Origin: Malacoraja senta
Taxonomy: Eukaryota
Reading direction: 5' to 3'
Length of the DNA: 64,000 nucleotides
Assembly: GCA_038087875.1 (NCBI GenBank)
Contig: CM075989.1
Span: forward strand, 8,000,001-8,064,000
The notes beneath the pieces were generated by a model. The model made no database searches, was not told the origin of the DNA, and worked only from the letters and a program-made list of their open reading frames with translations. Positions 1-12,730 of this stretch are shown piece by piece. Within the stretch, counting starts at the first letter, position 1. Each line of letters starts with the position of its first letter. The translations under genes were made by a program, and so were the position numbers.

Positions 1-737
1 ATTATGTTATGATGTACGGTGACAAAAGGGAGATAAACTAGGTCAAGCCAGTCCGGTTAACTAAACATTACAAAGGGAATAATATCTGTTTCTGTGTATC
101 AGTCAATTACTTGTATTGTCTTATTACATCTGCAAGTCTCCTCAACAACTATCGATGACCCAAATGCTGGAGTAACTCCGCAGGTCAGGCAGCATCTCTG
201 AAGAAGATTGTCGACCTGAAACGTCACCCATTCCTTCTCTCCAGAGATGCTGCTTGTCCCGCTGAGTTACTGCAGCATTTTGTGTCTATCTCTGGAGAAC
301 GTGGATAGATGACGTTTCGGGTTGAGACCCTTCCTCAGATGGCCTGCAACATCACCTATCTGATGCTGAGATGCTGCCTGACCTGCTGACTGTCCTCTTG
401 TGTATTAATCAGCATCTGCAGTTCCTTGTTTCTATGTTTTTATAACTATTGCAACTGTGTATCATTCTGCAAAGCCTCTCGCTATACTGATCAATTGCTC
501 AGATATGTTATTGTCGCATATGCCAAGGTTTGTGAAAAGCTTTGTTTTGTATATGATCAAACATATCAAATATTCCATGCAATGAGTTCAAACTCAAGTA
601 CAACATATAGAGCAAAAGGGAAGATCCACAGTGCAGAGTTCAACGTTTCAATGATACGTTATTGTCACATGTACCTAGGTACAGTAAAAAAATTTGCATA
701 CAATTTAATAATACTTAAGTACACAAGAAAAAAAAAT

Positions 738-1063
738 AGCCCTGTCCCACGGTACGAGTTCATTCCAAGAGTTCTCCCGAGTTTGCCCTGATTCTAACTC
801 GGAGATTTACGGTAAAGGCCGCTCATCGGTACTCAGGCTCTCGTGGACATTTTTCAACATGTTGAAAAATCTTCACGAGTCTTCCCGTGCTTACCTGCCG
901 TTAGCGAGTCTTCCCGCGTACCTGCCGTTAGTGTAACGAGCCGTAAGAGACGTCCCCGAGCTCCGACGTACCCGCTACGTTCATTCTCCGTGCTTACCAC
1001 GAGTTTGATTTTTTTAAAACTCGGGAGAGCTCTTGGAATGAACTCGTACCGTGGGACAGGGCT
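738..1063. mobile_element. Harbinger-like MITE
   Basis: ~45-bp TIRs agccctgtcccacggtacgagttcattccaagag / ...gtgggacagggct. Confidence 0.75.
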
Positions 1064-1158
1064 TTAAGAAAAACAGATTACACTGAGAGTACACAAGAGT
1101 CGCCATTGGTGGCATTTTGTATTATTAAAGCCCAAAGTTGAAAAAAATATATGAAAAA

Positions 1159-1316
1159 TGTGAAATTTACTGGTAGTGTGTGAATATTTACTGGGGGTCT
1201 GGGGACTGTGTGGACACTTACTGGGATATGGGGAGTGCGAGTATTTACTAATGAGCCCAGAGCGTGTGTGACTATTTACTGGAAAACCCGGGTAGTTTGT
1301 GAACATTTACCAGGGC
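1159..1316 (+). repeat. Degenerate minisatellite (core tgtgaNtatttactgg, 6 units)
   Basis: Core recurs every ~20-31 bp. Confidence 0.6.
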
Positions 1317-3627
1317 TTTCCAGGGAACGTTTGTACTCACAATCGGTTTATCTTTACTTGGTGGACAATCACTCCCAGCAATGCGTGCTATTTTTAAAAA
1401 ACTTTGATGAACCTAAATCTCTTGGCAACTGTTTCTTCTCAGTGTGGGTTACTATGAACATTTATCACAAATCAGGTTACTATCTCCAAATATCTGTGAT
1501 TTACCAGTGCCCTCTCCTAATTACTTGTAATGTCTTTTTACATCTGCAAATCCTCTCAACAAATATCAAGGACCCAAATGTTGTAGTAATTCAGCAGGTC
1601 AGGCAGCATCTCTGAAGCAGATTCTCGACCCGAAACGTCACCCATTTATTTTTACTGGTGCCTTCTCCTAATTAGACAATAGACAATAGGTGCAGGAGTA
1701 GGCCATTCTGCCCTTTAAGCCAGCACCGCCATTCACTGTGATCATGGCTGATCATCCACACTCAGTACCTCGTTCCTGCCTTTTCCCCATATCCCCGGAC
1801 TCCACTATCTTTAAAGAGCTCTATCCAACTCTCTCTTGAAAGCATACAGAGAATTGGCCTCCACTGCCTTCTGAGGCAGAGAATTCCACAGATTCACAAC
1901 CCTCTGTGTGAAAAAGTTCCTCCAGCAGTTTTTTTTCTCAATTTCATCAGTTGTAGAGTCATAGTCATACAGTGTGGAAACAGGCTCTTCGGCCCAACTT
2001 GCCCACACTGACCAACCAGTGTTTGACAGATCAAGGAATTAGGGGGAACAGAATGGCACAGAAGAGTTGAGGCCAGCATAGATCAGACGTGATCATATTG
2101 AATGGTGGGGCAGGTTTGATGGGGAGAGTGGCCTAATGCACCTATTTTCGGTTTCCAGGAAAATTATGGTGGTCGATGGGTTAACTCTCTGCTGAAGTAA
2201 AATGACCCTCCTTGATACCTTTCTCTTTGACAGAGAGTTTTGAAGCCAGCCCTAATATCTCCATTAATGAAACGTTGAAATACTCGGGTCAGTCAGCGTC
2301 TGTGGAGATCCTGTCTGACCTACTGAGTATTTGCAGCAGTTTTGCTTTTTTATTACAGATTTCCAGCATCTGCAATTAGACCAAGATGCCCCATCGGAGC
2401 TGGTCCCATTTACCCACATTTGCCCCATATCCGTCTAGATCTTTCCTGTCCAAATGTCTTTTAACAGCGAGGCTCGGGCTGAATCAGCACAACTCATTCT
2501 TGTGTTTGGTTCGTCAAGAAGGTTTGGGCTCCATCCATTTGGAAAAGGCAGCCAAATGAGTCTGTGATGGATCACTCGTTGCACAGATCCAGGAGAGTGA
2601 GAACAGACTGTTCTGGTGAATCACTCTAAGAACAGTGTTTAACCTGGTGTTCTCTGATGCCTGGTAGCTACAGGTGGAGGTATTCAAAGCTTCGATGCAA
2701 GAATTGTGATGTCGCCAAGTTACAGCAAAGAGGTCTGTGTTTGTCTCTTCATTGATCATGCTCTCCAGCAGTGTGGTGATGCCCACAGCCCCTTAGAACA
2801 TATCCAGTACCACTCTACAGAAGCTCCAGAGAGAACCTTACCAGTGAAAGGAGTGTTTAGTACAGTATTGTCAGAACCATTCATGAGCAGGAACTGCCTT
2901 CTGGGATGAGGTGACTTAATGGTTGAGTTACTGGACCTGGAACCCAGACTAATGTTCCTCATGTTCAAAATACTGGGGCATTTAGAACATAGAACAGCAC
3001 AGCACAAGAATAGGCCCTTCAGCCCACAATGTCTGTGCTCAACATGATGCCAAGACCTGATAGCAGTATATGGCTGATCTCTGCCTCCAAATCCCATTTC
3101 CCTGTCATCTCCTCAGAACCCTTCACACCCATTCTAATCAAGAATTTGCCCATCTCCATATCCTTCCATTCCCTACATATCCTATCCAAAGTCATAGCTG
3201 TTTCAACCACCAACTCGGGCAGCGCGTTACAGCCATTCACCTCCTGTGTAAAAAAAAGTTGCTCTGCACATTTCTTTTAAGCTTTACCCCTCTCACCTTA
3301 AAGCTGTGCCCTCTAGTATTTGATTTTTCCATCCAGGAAAACAGGTCATGACCCGATCTATTCCTCCCATCTATTCCTCCCTTGCTAATATCTATCTCAA
3401 TCCACATCTCCGAAAAATATTAACTGGTCATCATTACAACGTAAGAGTTAACATGAGAGTTGCTGAATTTCATACAAGAATAACTGCACTAAAAGTATTA
3501 CGAAGAAGGGTCCTGACCTAAAATGTCACCTATCCACGTTCTCCAGAGATGCTACCTGACGCGCTGAGTTACTCCAGCACTTTGCGTCTTTTGTTTTTGC
3601 ACTATAGGTATTGCTCTCAAGTTTGTG

Positions 3628-3940
3628 AGGCGGCACAGCAGTAGAGTTGCTGCCTTATGGTGCCAGGGACCAGAGTTTGATCCTGACCACGGGTGCAGTC
3701 TGTACAGAGTTTGTACGTTCTTCCTGTAACCGCATAGGTTTTCTCCGGGTGCTCCGGATTCCTCCCACATTCCAAAGACGTGCTGGTTTATAGGTTAATT
3801 GGCTTCTGTAAATTGCCCCTCAGGGATTTATTGCAAAAATTGGATAACACAGAACTACTGTGATCGGATGATCAAAGGTCGGCGTGGACTCAGTGGGCTG
3901 AAGGGCCTGTTTCTACACTATCTCTAAAACAAAAAACTAA
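3628..3940 (+). mobile_element. tRNA-derived V-SINE (HE1-like), representative copy
   Basis: A/B-box head, V-domain (gagtttgtacgttc...gggtgctccgg..tcctcccaca) and CR1-like tail. Other copies at about 6130-6405(-), 7790-8080(-), 11040-11310(+), 17730-18060(+), 19040-19305(-), 22415-22710(-), 55680-55970(+), 58690-58930(-) and 61056-61290(+). Confidence 0.8.
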
Positions 3941-4544
3941 ACTAATCGGCACATTCTCTATAAAATAAGTCTTTAAAAAAAATGTTGATTAAAATTCTTT
4001 GTCAAAAAAGGAAGTCATTGTTCTATTTAACAAAACACACACAAGTTACTGCTGAGTTACACCAGCACGTTTTTTTGTAAGCCAGCACCTGTGGTTCCTT
4101 GTTTCTTCATATTTCTATTGCATCGTGTTCTCCCGTCTGGGTATTCCAAAGTGTAGGTTATATATTTGGAACGCATTTACTTATTTTCTGTAGGCAAATC
4201 CAGTCACTATTTTCATGCAAGCCACATCAGTGTGAATGTACCCAGGCATTTTATCCAAATTGATCGAAGGGTGTCGAGAGTGCAGAGAGCCAGGGGCTGT
4301 TTGATGCACTGTATGCAGTTTGGGATATTGAAGAAGGGGTCTGAAGAAGGGTCTCCACCCAAAACGTCACCTATTCCTTCTCTCCAAAGATGCTGCCTAG
4401 ACCGCTGAGTTACTCAGCATTTTATTTGTCTATCTAAGGGGTATTCAACATTGTTTAATGCCCGCACACAATTACAACATCAAAGACAGCCACGATGCAC
4501 CTGATAGTGGACATTTCCTGAAGACTAGATGCTGGAATGTTGCT

Positions 4545-5045
4545 GTTGAGGGAGTGCAGCGTAGGTTCACCAGGTTAATTCCGGGGATGGCGCGACTGAC
4601 ATATGATGAAAGAAAGGATCGACTGGGCTTATATTCACTGGAATTTAGAAGGGTGCGAGGGGATCTTATAGAAACATATAAAATTATTAAGGGACTGGAC
4701 AGGCTAGATGCAGGAAAAATGTTCCCGATGTTGGGGGACCACAGAACTAGGGGTTTAAGAATAAGGGATAGGCCATTTAGGACTGAGATGAGGAAAAACG
4801 TTTTCACCCAGAGAGTAGTGAATCTGTGGAATTCTCTGCCACTGAAGGCAGTGGAGGCCAATTCACTGGATGTATTCAAGAGAGAGTTAGATCTAGCTCA
4901 TAGAGCAAATGGAATCAAGGGATATGGGGAGAAAGCAGGAACAGGGTACTGATTTTGGATGATCAGCCATGATCATATTGAATGGCTGTGCTGACTCGAA
5001 GGGCTGAATGGCTGACTCCTACACCTATTTTCTATACTTCTATGT
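4545..5045 (+). mobile_element. CR1 3' fragment
   Basis: VQRRFTRLIPG...RRVRGDLIE...GYGEKAGTGY plus 3'UTR. Confidence 0.85.
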
Positions 5046-6757
5046 GGATTTAAAAGAGAATAGTGGAAGAACTCGGTGGGCTCTCCTATGGACCCATTTA
5101 TGTAAGTCAACGTCTCTGGTCGATATCCTGCATCAGGGTAATTGTCCAGCTGACCAAGCTTTGTGACCACACAGCTATAAGTGAGTGAAGATTTTCTACA
5201 AGTAATCAATATGTAACTATCCTCCACTCACTGCATTATTCTGGAGACATTAGTCAGCTTTTACTGGGAGAAAATGCTGTAGTTTTGCTTTTTTAAACAA
5301 TTCTGAGAAAATTGACTGCTGTATAATAGATATGTTTGTAATATTTCACTTCACCTCGAACTCCTGTAATGTAGTGTTGCTCTTTAATGCTCTGTGATTT
5401 ATTTCCACCGAGAGCAGGGCGCTCTGCAGTCTCTGGGTGATCACCAAAAGCCCGGGCCTACCTGGAGTGTTCCACTCACGCTCTCTCATGTGTCAAGAAT
5501 GAGGAATGGGTCAATTGATCCAGCGAAGCTATGACTCTGCATCCTGAATCCCCTCATGGATACACCTGAAGCACTCCAGGTCATCTTCAATGGCAGGAAG
5601 AGTACAAAAACACTTCTGAAGAAGGGTCTCGACCAGAAACCTCATCCATTCCTTCTCTCCAGAGATGCTGCCTGTCCCGCTGAGTTACTGCAGCTTTTTG
5701 CGACTATCTTCTGCAACTTCTAACATTGAACGTAGAACAGCATAGTACAGGAACAGGCACCGGCTCATGATGTTTGTGCTGGCCATAATGCTCACCCCAT
5801 CTCCCCACATATGACCCACAACCCTCCATTTATAACATATTCAAATGTCCGATTAAATGTCTCTTCAATGTCAATTTTGTTGTCTGTTTCCACCACCTTC
5901 CCTGGCAGCGAGTTGTCAGTACCTTCCACACTGTGGAACAAAAACCTGCAATGGACATCTCCTTTAAACCTTCCCCCTCTCACCTTAAAGTGATGCCCTA
6001 TAGTCTTTGACACTTCCACACTGGAAAAAAAAGTGACCATCTAACCATTTCATAATTTTATAAACTTCTAAGAGGTCTCCGCTCCACAGAAAACAGTTCA
6101 ATTCTTTTTAAAGATTTTTTTACTTTCGAGACTTTAGAGATATAGAACGGAAACAGGCCCTTTGGCCCATCGAGTTCGCGCTGGCCAGAGATCACCCTGT
6201 GCACTAACACTCTCGTACACACTAGGGACAATTTACATTTTTACCAAACCCAATTAACCTATACACCTGTATGTCTTTGGAATGTCGGAGAAAACCCACG
6301 CGGTCACAGGGAGAAGGTACCAACTCCATACAGACGGCACCCGTGGTAAGGATCAAACTCGAGTCACTGGCGCTGTAAGACACTATTGCTGCACCACTGT
6401 GCCACCCCTTTCATGACAAGTATTTTAAATTCATTTTTTTCTCATTTCCCAATTCACCTCATTGTTTTATTTAATGTGAACTCAACTTTGAAATTTAAGC
6501 ATACCTTTATAGTCTTCTACATGATGTCCTCTGTGAGTAGTGGGCCTCGCAAACTACCCTCTGGGTGTAGAATACAGCTTTAATTGCCAATCAGGCAGCA
6601 TGAGACAGAAGAGTATTTTACCTCCCATTACTAGAGAGAATAAAGTAATTTCAAGTTCAGACAAATTCCCCTGACGTTTGATGGCGAGTGGGTGCAGTAC
6701 TTGTAAATTCCAGTAGATGGTGCCTTGTAATAATAAATTTAGTAGCCTGGAGATTTT

Positions 6758-7077
6758 AGGCCACGTCCCACTTTCCCGAGTTACTCACGAACTCTCCCGA
6801 GTTTTCCCCTTGATTCGAACTCGGAGAATTGCGGTAATAGCCATTCGTAGGTACTCGGGGCTATTTTATTTTACTCGTGGACATTTTTCAACATGCTGAA
6901 AAAACATCCCGACTTACCTGATGCCCCGAGTTCCTACGGCTGGCATTACGAGCCACTACGAAACATCTACGGACTCCTACGAGCTCGCTACCGACATTAC
7001 CCGACATTCCCCGAGTTCGAATCAAGGGGAAAACTCGGGAGAGTTCGTGAGTAACTCGGGAAAGTGGGACAGGGTCT
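6758..7077. mobile_element. Harbinger-like MITE related to 738-1063
   Basis: ~60-bp TIRs gtcccactttcccgagttactcacgaactctcccgag...; the internal string ctcgtggacatttttcaacatg is shared with 738-1063. Confidence 0.75.
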
Positions 7078-8089
7078 TGACTCTGAACATCCTTCAACAT
7101 TTGTTTATTAGACGATTTTAAAGAATCATACATCACAGAAACAGTTGACCAGCTGCATAAATCCATGCTGACCATCATGAACCCATTTACAAACTCATTA
7201 TTATGCTCCCCACATTCCCGTCAGCTTCCTCCAATTCTACCTCTCACCCATAAACCAGGGGCAATTTACACCAGATAGGTAACCTACCCACCTGTCTCGA
7301 CCTGAAATGTCACCCATTCCTTCTCCCCAGAGATGCTGCCTGTCCAGCTGAGTTACTCCAGCATTTTGTGTCTATCTTCAGTGTAAACCAGCACCTGCAG
7401 TTCCTTCCTACACACCGCATGCCTTTGTGATGTGGGAGGAAACCCTAGCACCAGGCACAAACCCACACGGTCACAGGGACAACATTACAAACTCCACACA
7501 GAGAGCACCCGTAGGTCAGGATTGAACCCGGGTTGCTGGAGTTGTGAGGCAATAGTGCCTTTGTGCTGCCCAGTGTCCCACAGTAGATGTGGAGAGAACC
7601 GATTGTGGGAGAGAGCAAATGCCGGTGCACTTTAATGGTCCAGAAGGCACAGGCAATGGCTTCTACTGAAAGTGACTGAAATGGTAAAAAGCTTGGGAAG
7701 TCCTAAAGTGCACAAAATTTATACAATGCACACACAGACATGCAAACACACACACACGGACAAGTGCACACATGTATGCATGTACACAAATTTAGTTTAG
7801 AGATACTGCGTTGAAATAGGCCCTTCATCCCACCGAGTCCATGCCGACCATCGATCATCCCGTTCACACTAGTTCTACCGTACACACTAAGGACAATTCA
7901 CAGAAGCCAATTAACCTGCAAACCTTTATGTCTTTGGAGTGTGGGAGGAAACCAGAGCACCCGGAGAAAAAGCAACACACGGTCACCGAGAAAACGTACG
8001 AACTCCAAACAGACAGCACCCGTAGTCAGGACCGTTACCGGGTCTCTGCGCTGTGAGGCAGCAACTCTGCATCACTGTCCCGCCCCAAG

Positions 8090-9312
8090 CTTGACCTGGA
8101 GTATTGTGTACAGTTTTGGTCTCCTAATTTGAGGAAGGACATCCTTGTGATTGAAGGTTCACGAGTGCAGCGAAGGTTCACGAGATTGATCCCTGGGATG
8201 GTGGGACAGTCATATGAGGAAAGGTTGAAAAGACTAGGCTTGTATTCACTGGAGTTTAGAAGGATGATGGGGTATCTTATAGAAACATATAAAATTATAA
8301 AAGGACTGGACAGGCTAGATGCAGGACTCTGATCCTCTGACCACACTCCATTGGTACTCTGAAACGATATCATGTTTAAATTTTGAAAAGTGTGACATTA
8401 GGAGTGACATTGTTGAACCCTTGGTTAAATTTGATAGGACTTGGTGAAGATTTATTCAACATTTTCATACGACATAAATCGTCCCCTCTCCAACTGTTAT
8501 AATAATTCTTTTACCTTTATACGGTGGAACGGATTTGACGACAAACAGGGACTTAAATTGCTGAAATTCTTTTCAGCCCAGATTCTGTTTTGCTTTTTTT
8601 TAAGTTTAGAGGGGTTTTGTTTTTCATTTTTTCTCTATTTTTTTCTTTTTGTTTTTATACATATAAGTTCTCTTTTAAACATTTAACTATATATTTACAT
8701 AGAGGTCTATATTTAATGTATATTTTGACACTGGACTCATATTTAGGTTATACCTGTTATTAATGTAACCCTGATCCCTATGTATCAATATCATTGTTAT
8801 GTTTATCATTATTTTTTTGTGGTCTTGTTTTTGCTTTTGAAAAAAACTAATAAAAAGATTTTAAAAGAAAAGAGAAAAAACCTTTTCACCCAGGGAGTTG
8901 TGAATTTGTGGAAAAATTCCCTGCCACAGAGGGCAGTGGAGGCCAAATCACTGGATGAATTTAAGAGAGAGTTAGATGGAGCTCTATGGGCTGGTGGAAT
9001 CAAGAGATACGGGGAGAAGGCAGGCACGGGTTAATGAGAGACAAGACTTTGCCTTCCATCACAGTGAGGAGGAGATTCACTGTGATGGATGTTTGTGTAA
9101 CTTGTGTTGTGTCTTGGTTCTTTTTACTTGTTTGTATGACTGCAGAAACCAAATTTCGTTTGAACTTAGGTTCAAATGACAACAATTAATTGTATCATTG
9201 TATTGTCTCATTGTATCATTGATTGGGGACGATCAGCCATGATCACAATGAATGGCGGTGCTGACTCGAAGGGGCGAATGGCCTCCTCCTGCACCTATTT
9301 TCTATGTTTCTA
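8090..9312 (+). mobile_element. CR1 3' fragment interrupted by an L1-like 3' end (~8331-8875) and a short hairpin-bearing repeat (~9034-9218)
   Basis: CR1 peptide motifs on both sides; the insert ends in AATAAA and an A-rich tail. Confidence 0.7.
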
Positions 9313-9972
9313 TGTACACATGAATGCACACGAACACACACATTCACAAAGTACATACAAATTCACATGCGAACACATGCATGCGCACACACACAGACGC
9401 AATAATTCAACATTCACAAACTCCCGCACACACATCAAAAAAAAAGTCTTTAAGAAACCAATCTAACAAGAGCTCTTGTAATCTGATCAACAGGTACATT
9501 AAAACCATATCTCAATGAAGAAATGTTCTGCAGGTGTACAGTTGTGTGGTGGCCCGACCGGACAGTCTATGGGGTCAGATAACTCCCGAAGGCTGAGATC
9601 CAGGTTCAATTATCTAAGCACCCAGGAGAATGTTCAGGCCTCTACAAATGGCACCAAATCCCTGAGCTGACAAGAGTTGGAGGAGAAGGATAAACTATCA
9701 AGTGTGATTCTTTTACCCTGCAAGCAGGCGCAATGAAGAGGTGAAACAATGGCGATTCCTTGCATTTTCAGCAGACCCACTTGGGGTGAGACAGGCCAAG
9801 GTTCCAAGGAGCAAAATCTATGGAAGCAACATAGGAAAGAACAAGAAATCTATGGTGTTGTGTGGAGAGAATAAAATAATGCAAGGCATTTTGAGATCAT
9901 GGCTTAACAGCAGATATGATTCCTTGTTTACGCGGCATATGAAAATCAGAGTTTTCTAATCTGGTAGGTCGT

Positions 9973-9978
9973 TTTATT
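9973..9978 (-). terminator. Candidate polyadenylation signal AATAAA of ISG20
   Basis: Minus strand reads TAA TG AATAAA, i.e. 2 nt after the stop codon. Confidence 0.45.
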
Positions 9979-9980
9979 CA

Positions 9981-10127
9981 TTAATATCTGTCGTATTTTT
10001 CAAATCGGTTTACTATCTCCACCTTGGTCCCCTTGGTGATATGAACCTCCCACAGGTTTTCCACAAGTTTAAAAAGTTCCATCGCTGAACTTGCATCTTC
10101 CACGGAGGAGTGACCTCGGAGGCTGTT
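9981..10127 (-). CDS. ISG20: ISG20 coding exon 3 (48 aa + stop; ExoIII motif GHSSVEDA)
   Basis: Manual translation (not in the ORF track): NSLRGHSSVEDASSAMELFKLVENLWEVHITKGTKVEIVNRFEKYDRY*. Polypyrimidine acceptor ...cttttcctcgacag|. Matches human NSLLGHSSVEDARATMELY. Confidence 0.9.
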   Translation of the reverse strand, partial: NSLRGHSSVEDASSAMELFKLVENLWEVHITKGTKVEIVNRFEKYDRY

Positions 10128-11300
10128 CTGTCGAGGAAAAGAGGGAACAGGTGAGGACGACAGTGTGAGTGCGGGACAGTCACACTGCTGCTAGCAGAGG
10201 TGTACATGTTACACAAAAACCACAGACGTCAGGAGAGGAGTTGGCCATTCGGCCCACCCCGCCTGCTAACCATTCATTATGCTCATGGCAGATCATCCAA
10301 AACAAGTACCCTGTTCTTGCTTTCTCCCCATGTCCTTTGATTTTGGCAGCCCTAAGAACAATACCTATCTACTTCGGAGGTAAAGAACTTCACACACCCT
10401 CTATCCTCTGGGTGAAGAAATTTCTTATCTCAGCCTTATGCAGCTTATCCTTTCATTCTTAGATTGTGACCACATGCTCCTCGAATTCCTTGCCATTTGT
10501 AACATCCTTCCTTGGTCTAATTTACCCAGTCATATTAGAAGTTTGTATGTTTCTACCAGATCCCCTCTCCTAAACTAGTGAATATTGGCCTGATGATCAA
10601 AGAAAGACACAAAGTAGTGGAGTAACTCAGCGAGTCAGGCAGGATCCCTGGAGAACGTGGACAGGCAACTTTTTGGGCCACGACCCTTCTTTAGACATTA
10701 AAGGTCCTGTTTCCATGCTGCATGGCCCTCGAACCTGACTGCTCCTGTCTTGTACTGCACCAGCTTGCTAATGACTGAGGGGGGCAGCAGAGAGGGAGTT
10801 TTAAACTACACTCACAACTGCAGATAGACACAAAACGCTGGCGTAACTCAGCGGGACAGGGGAGAGAAGGGATAGGTGACGTTTCGGGTGGAGACCTTTC
10901 TTCAATGTTGATGTAGTTTGACTCTACACTGACACGACCTTTCTTTTACATGCGACTGTTTGATTGAAAATATAAAGCGGGTGTCACACCCTGATGTCCT
11001 GAAAACAAAATGATGTGTTTCATTCAGCATTCAGTAGAACTGCTACCTCACAGCGACAGAGACCCAGGTTCGATCCTGACCTCGGGTGCTGTATGCCTGG
11101 AGTTTGCACATTCTCCCTGTGACTGCCTGAATTTCCTCTGGGTGCTCCGGTTTCCTCCCACAATCCAATGACGTGCAGGTTTGTAGTATATTGGGCCTCT
11201 GGAAATTGCCTCCAGGGTGTAGGAAGTGGATGGGAAAGTGAGATAACATAGTACTGGTGTAAATGGGTGATCGATGGTCAGCATGGACTTGGTTCCATAC

Positions 11301-12482
11301 TGTATCTTTAAACTAAAAGAAGCAAAATTGGGACCTAGGCTTGTTCGCCACATTTATCAATGGCCTTTCTATTTCCAGGCTTCTGCACCATTTTTTAAAT
11401 TTTGTTTCAAACTATTGGACTTTCCTACAGCCTGGCAATATAAAAGATCCATGCCATCCACTCCTGGATAGATAATAGTTTCCTGTGATCAGATGCAGCT
11501 TCCTTACACATTCAAACTGTCTCCTATGATATACATATGAACACGTGTGCACACGTACGCAAGCACATATTAAATGAGGAAGAAAGAATGAGGGGGGAGA
11601 GGGATAGTGAGTGCAAGATAGAAAGAATAATACCAATGATGTCATGTAGAGTCAAGGAACTGCAGATGCTGAAATCTTGCACAGAATATAAAGTGCTGGT
11701 TTACTCAGCAGGTCAGGCAGCATCTCTGCAGCATGTGGATGGGCAACTTTTTGGGTTAGGACTTTTTTCTCAGACTGTCGGAAGGAGGATCCTGACCTGA
11801 AAGTGACGCAGCTGGCATTCAATTTGTGCCGGGCTCTCCCTGTGACTGCATGGGTTTGCACTGGGTGTTCAGGTTTCCACTCACATCCCAATGACATGCT
11901 AGTTTGCAGGTAAATTGGCCCAAGTATGCAGGGAGTGGATGTGAAAGTGGGATAATATAGATGTGAGCGGGTGATCAATGGTCAGCATGGACTCGATGAG
12001 CCGAAGGGCCTGTTTCCACGCTGCATCTTTCAATTAATCAATCGGTCTCCCATCCATTACTTCCAAAGATGCTGCCTGACTTGCCGAATTACTCCAGCAC
12101 TTTGTGTTCTACGCAAGATTCCAGCATCTGCAGTTCCTTGAGTCTATGTGTGATCACTGGTATTATTCTATATTTCTCTCTCTCCCTTATTCTTTCTAAC
12201 TCATTTAATATGTGCTTGCTTATGTGTGAACGCGTGTCCATATGTACATTATAGGAGACATAATAGTTCCCACAGCTTGAATGTGTGAGGAAGCTGTAAC
12301 TGATCACAGGAAACTATACTTATCTAGGAATTGATGGCATTGATCTTTCATATTAGCAGGCTGTCGGAAACTTTGATAGTTGGAAACAAATGGTGCAGAA
12401 GCAGCATTTGCTGGAAATGGAAAGACATTGATAAATGTGGCGAATTAGTCCCCATTTTGCTTCTTTTAGTTTCAAGATATCT
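11301..12482. repeat. Diverged inverted duplication (arms ~11301-11740 and ~12058-12482) in the last ISG20 intron
   Basis: aaactaaaagaagcaaaat, ttcgccacatttatcaatg, tagtttcctgtgatcag and gcaagcacatattaaatgag all recur as reverse complements. Confidence 0.85.
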
Positions 12483-12529
12483 ACAGAGAAAGCGTAGTTT
12501 TGTGTGCCGTTGCTCGCCAACCCGTTTAC

Positions 12530-12730
12530 CTGTATCCTTTTCCCCAGCAATTTCTGGCAGAGGATTTTCAACGAGGCCCGCCTGTCAGTTTTCAGCATTG
12601 CCTTTGTGATCAGCAACCTGCACGAGGAGGTGTCCCGTATGGTGTAGCTTGCGATGTCCGTTCTCAGGACGCGGAAATCGGATCTTGGATCGTGGCCCAC
12701 AATAATTTTCCCTTCTAAAATCTTCAAAAT
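12530..12730 (-). CDS. ISG20: ISG20 coding exon 2 (201 nt; ExoII motif GHDPRSDF)
   Basis: ILKILEGKIIVGHDPRSDFRVL...RRASLKILCQKLLGKRIQ. Acceptor TTCAG| and donor CAG|GTAAAC, phase 0. Same 201-nt length as the paralogous AEN exon in this window. Confidence 0.92.

Noticed and set aside
1159..1316. CRISPR-like repeat/spacer appearance
   Set aside because: Repeats are degenerate, spacers are short and similar to each other, there are no cas genes, and the context is vertebrate; this is a minisatellite.
2514..2909. Possible coding exon
   Set aside because: No recognisable protein similarity and no convincing splice-site pair.
3628..3700. tRNA gene
   Set aside because: It is the tRNA-derived head of a SINE, followed by the V-domain and tail; no complete cloverleaf.
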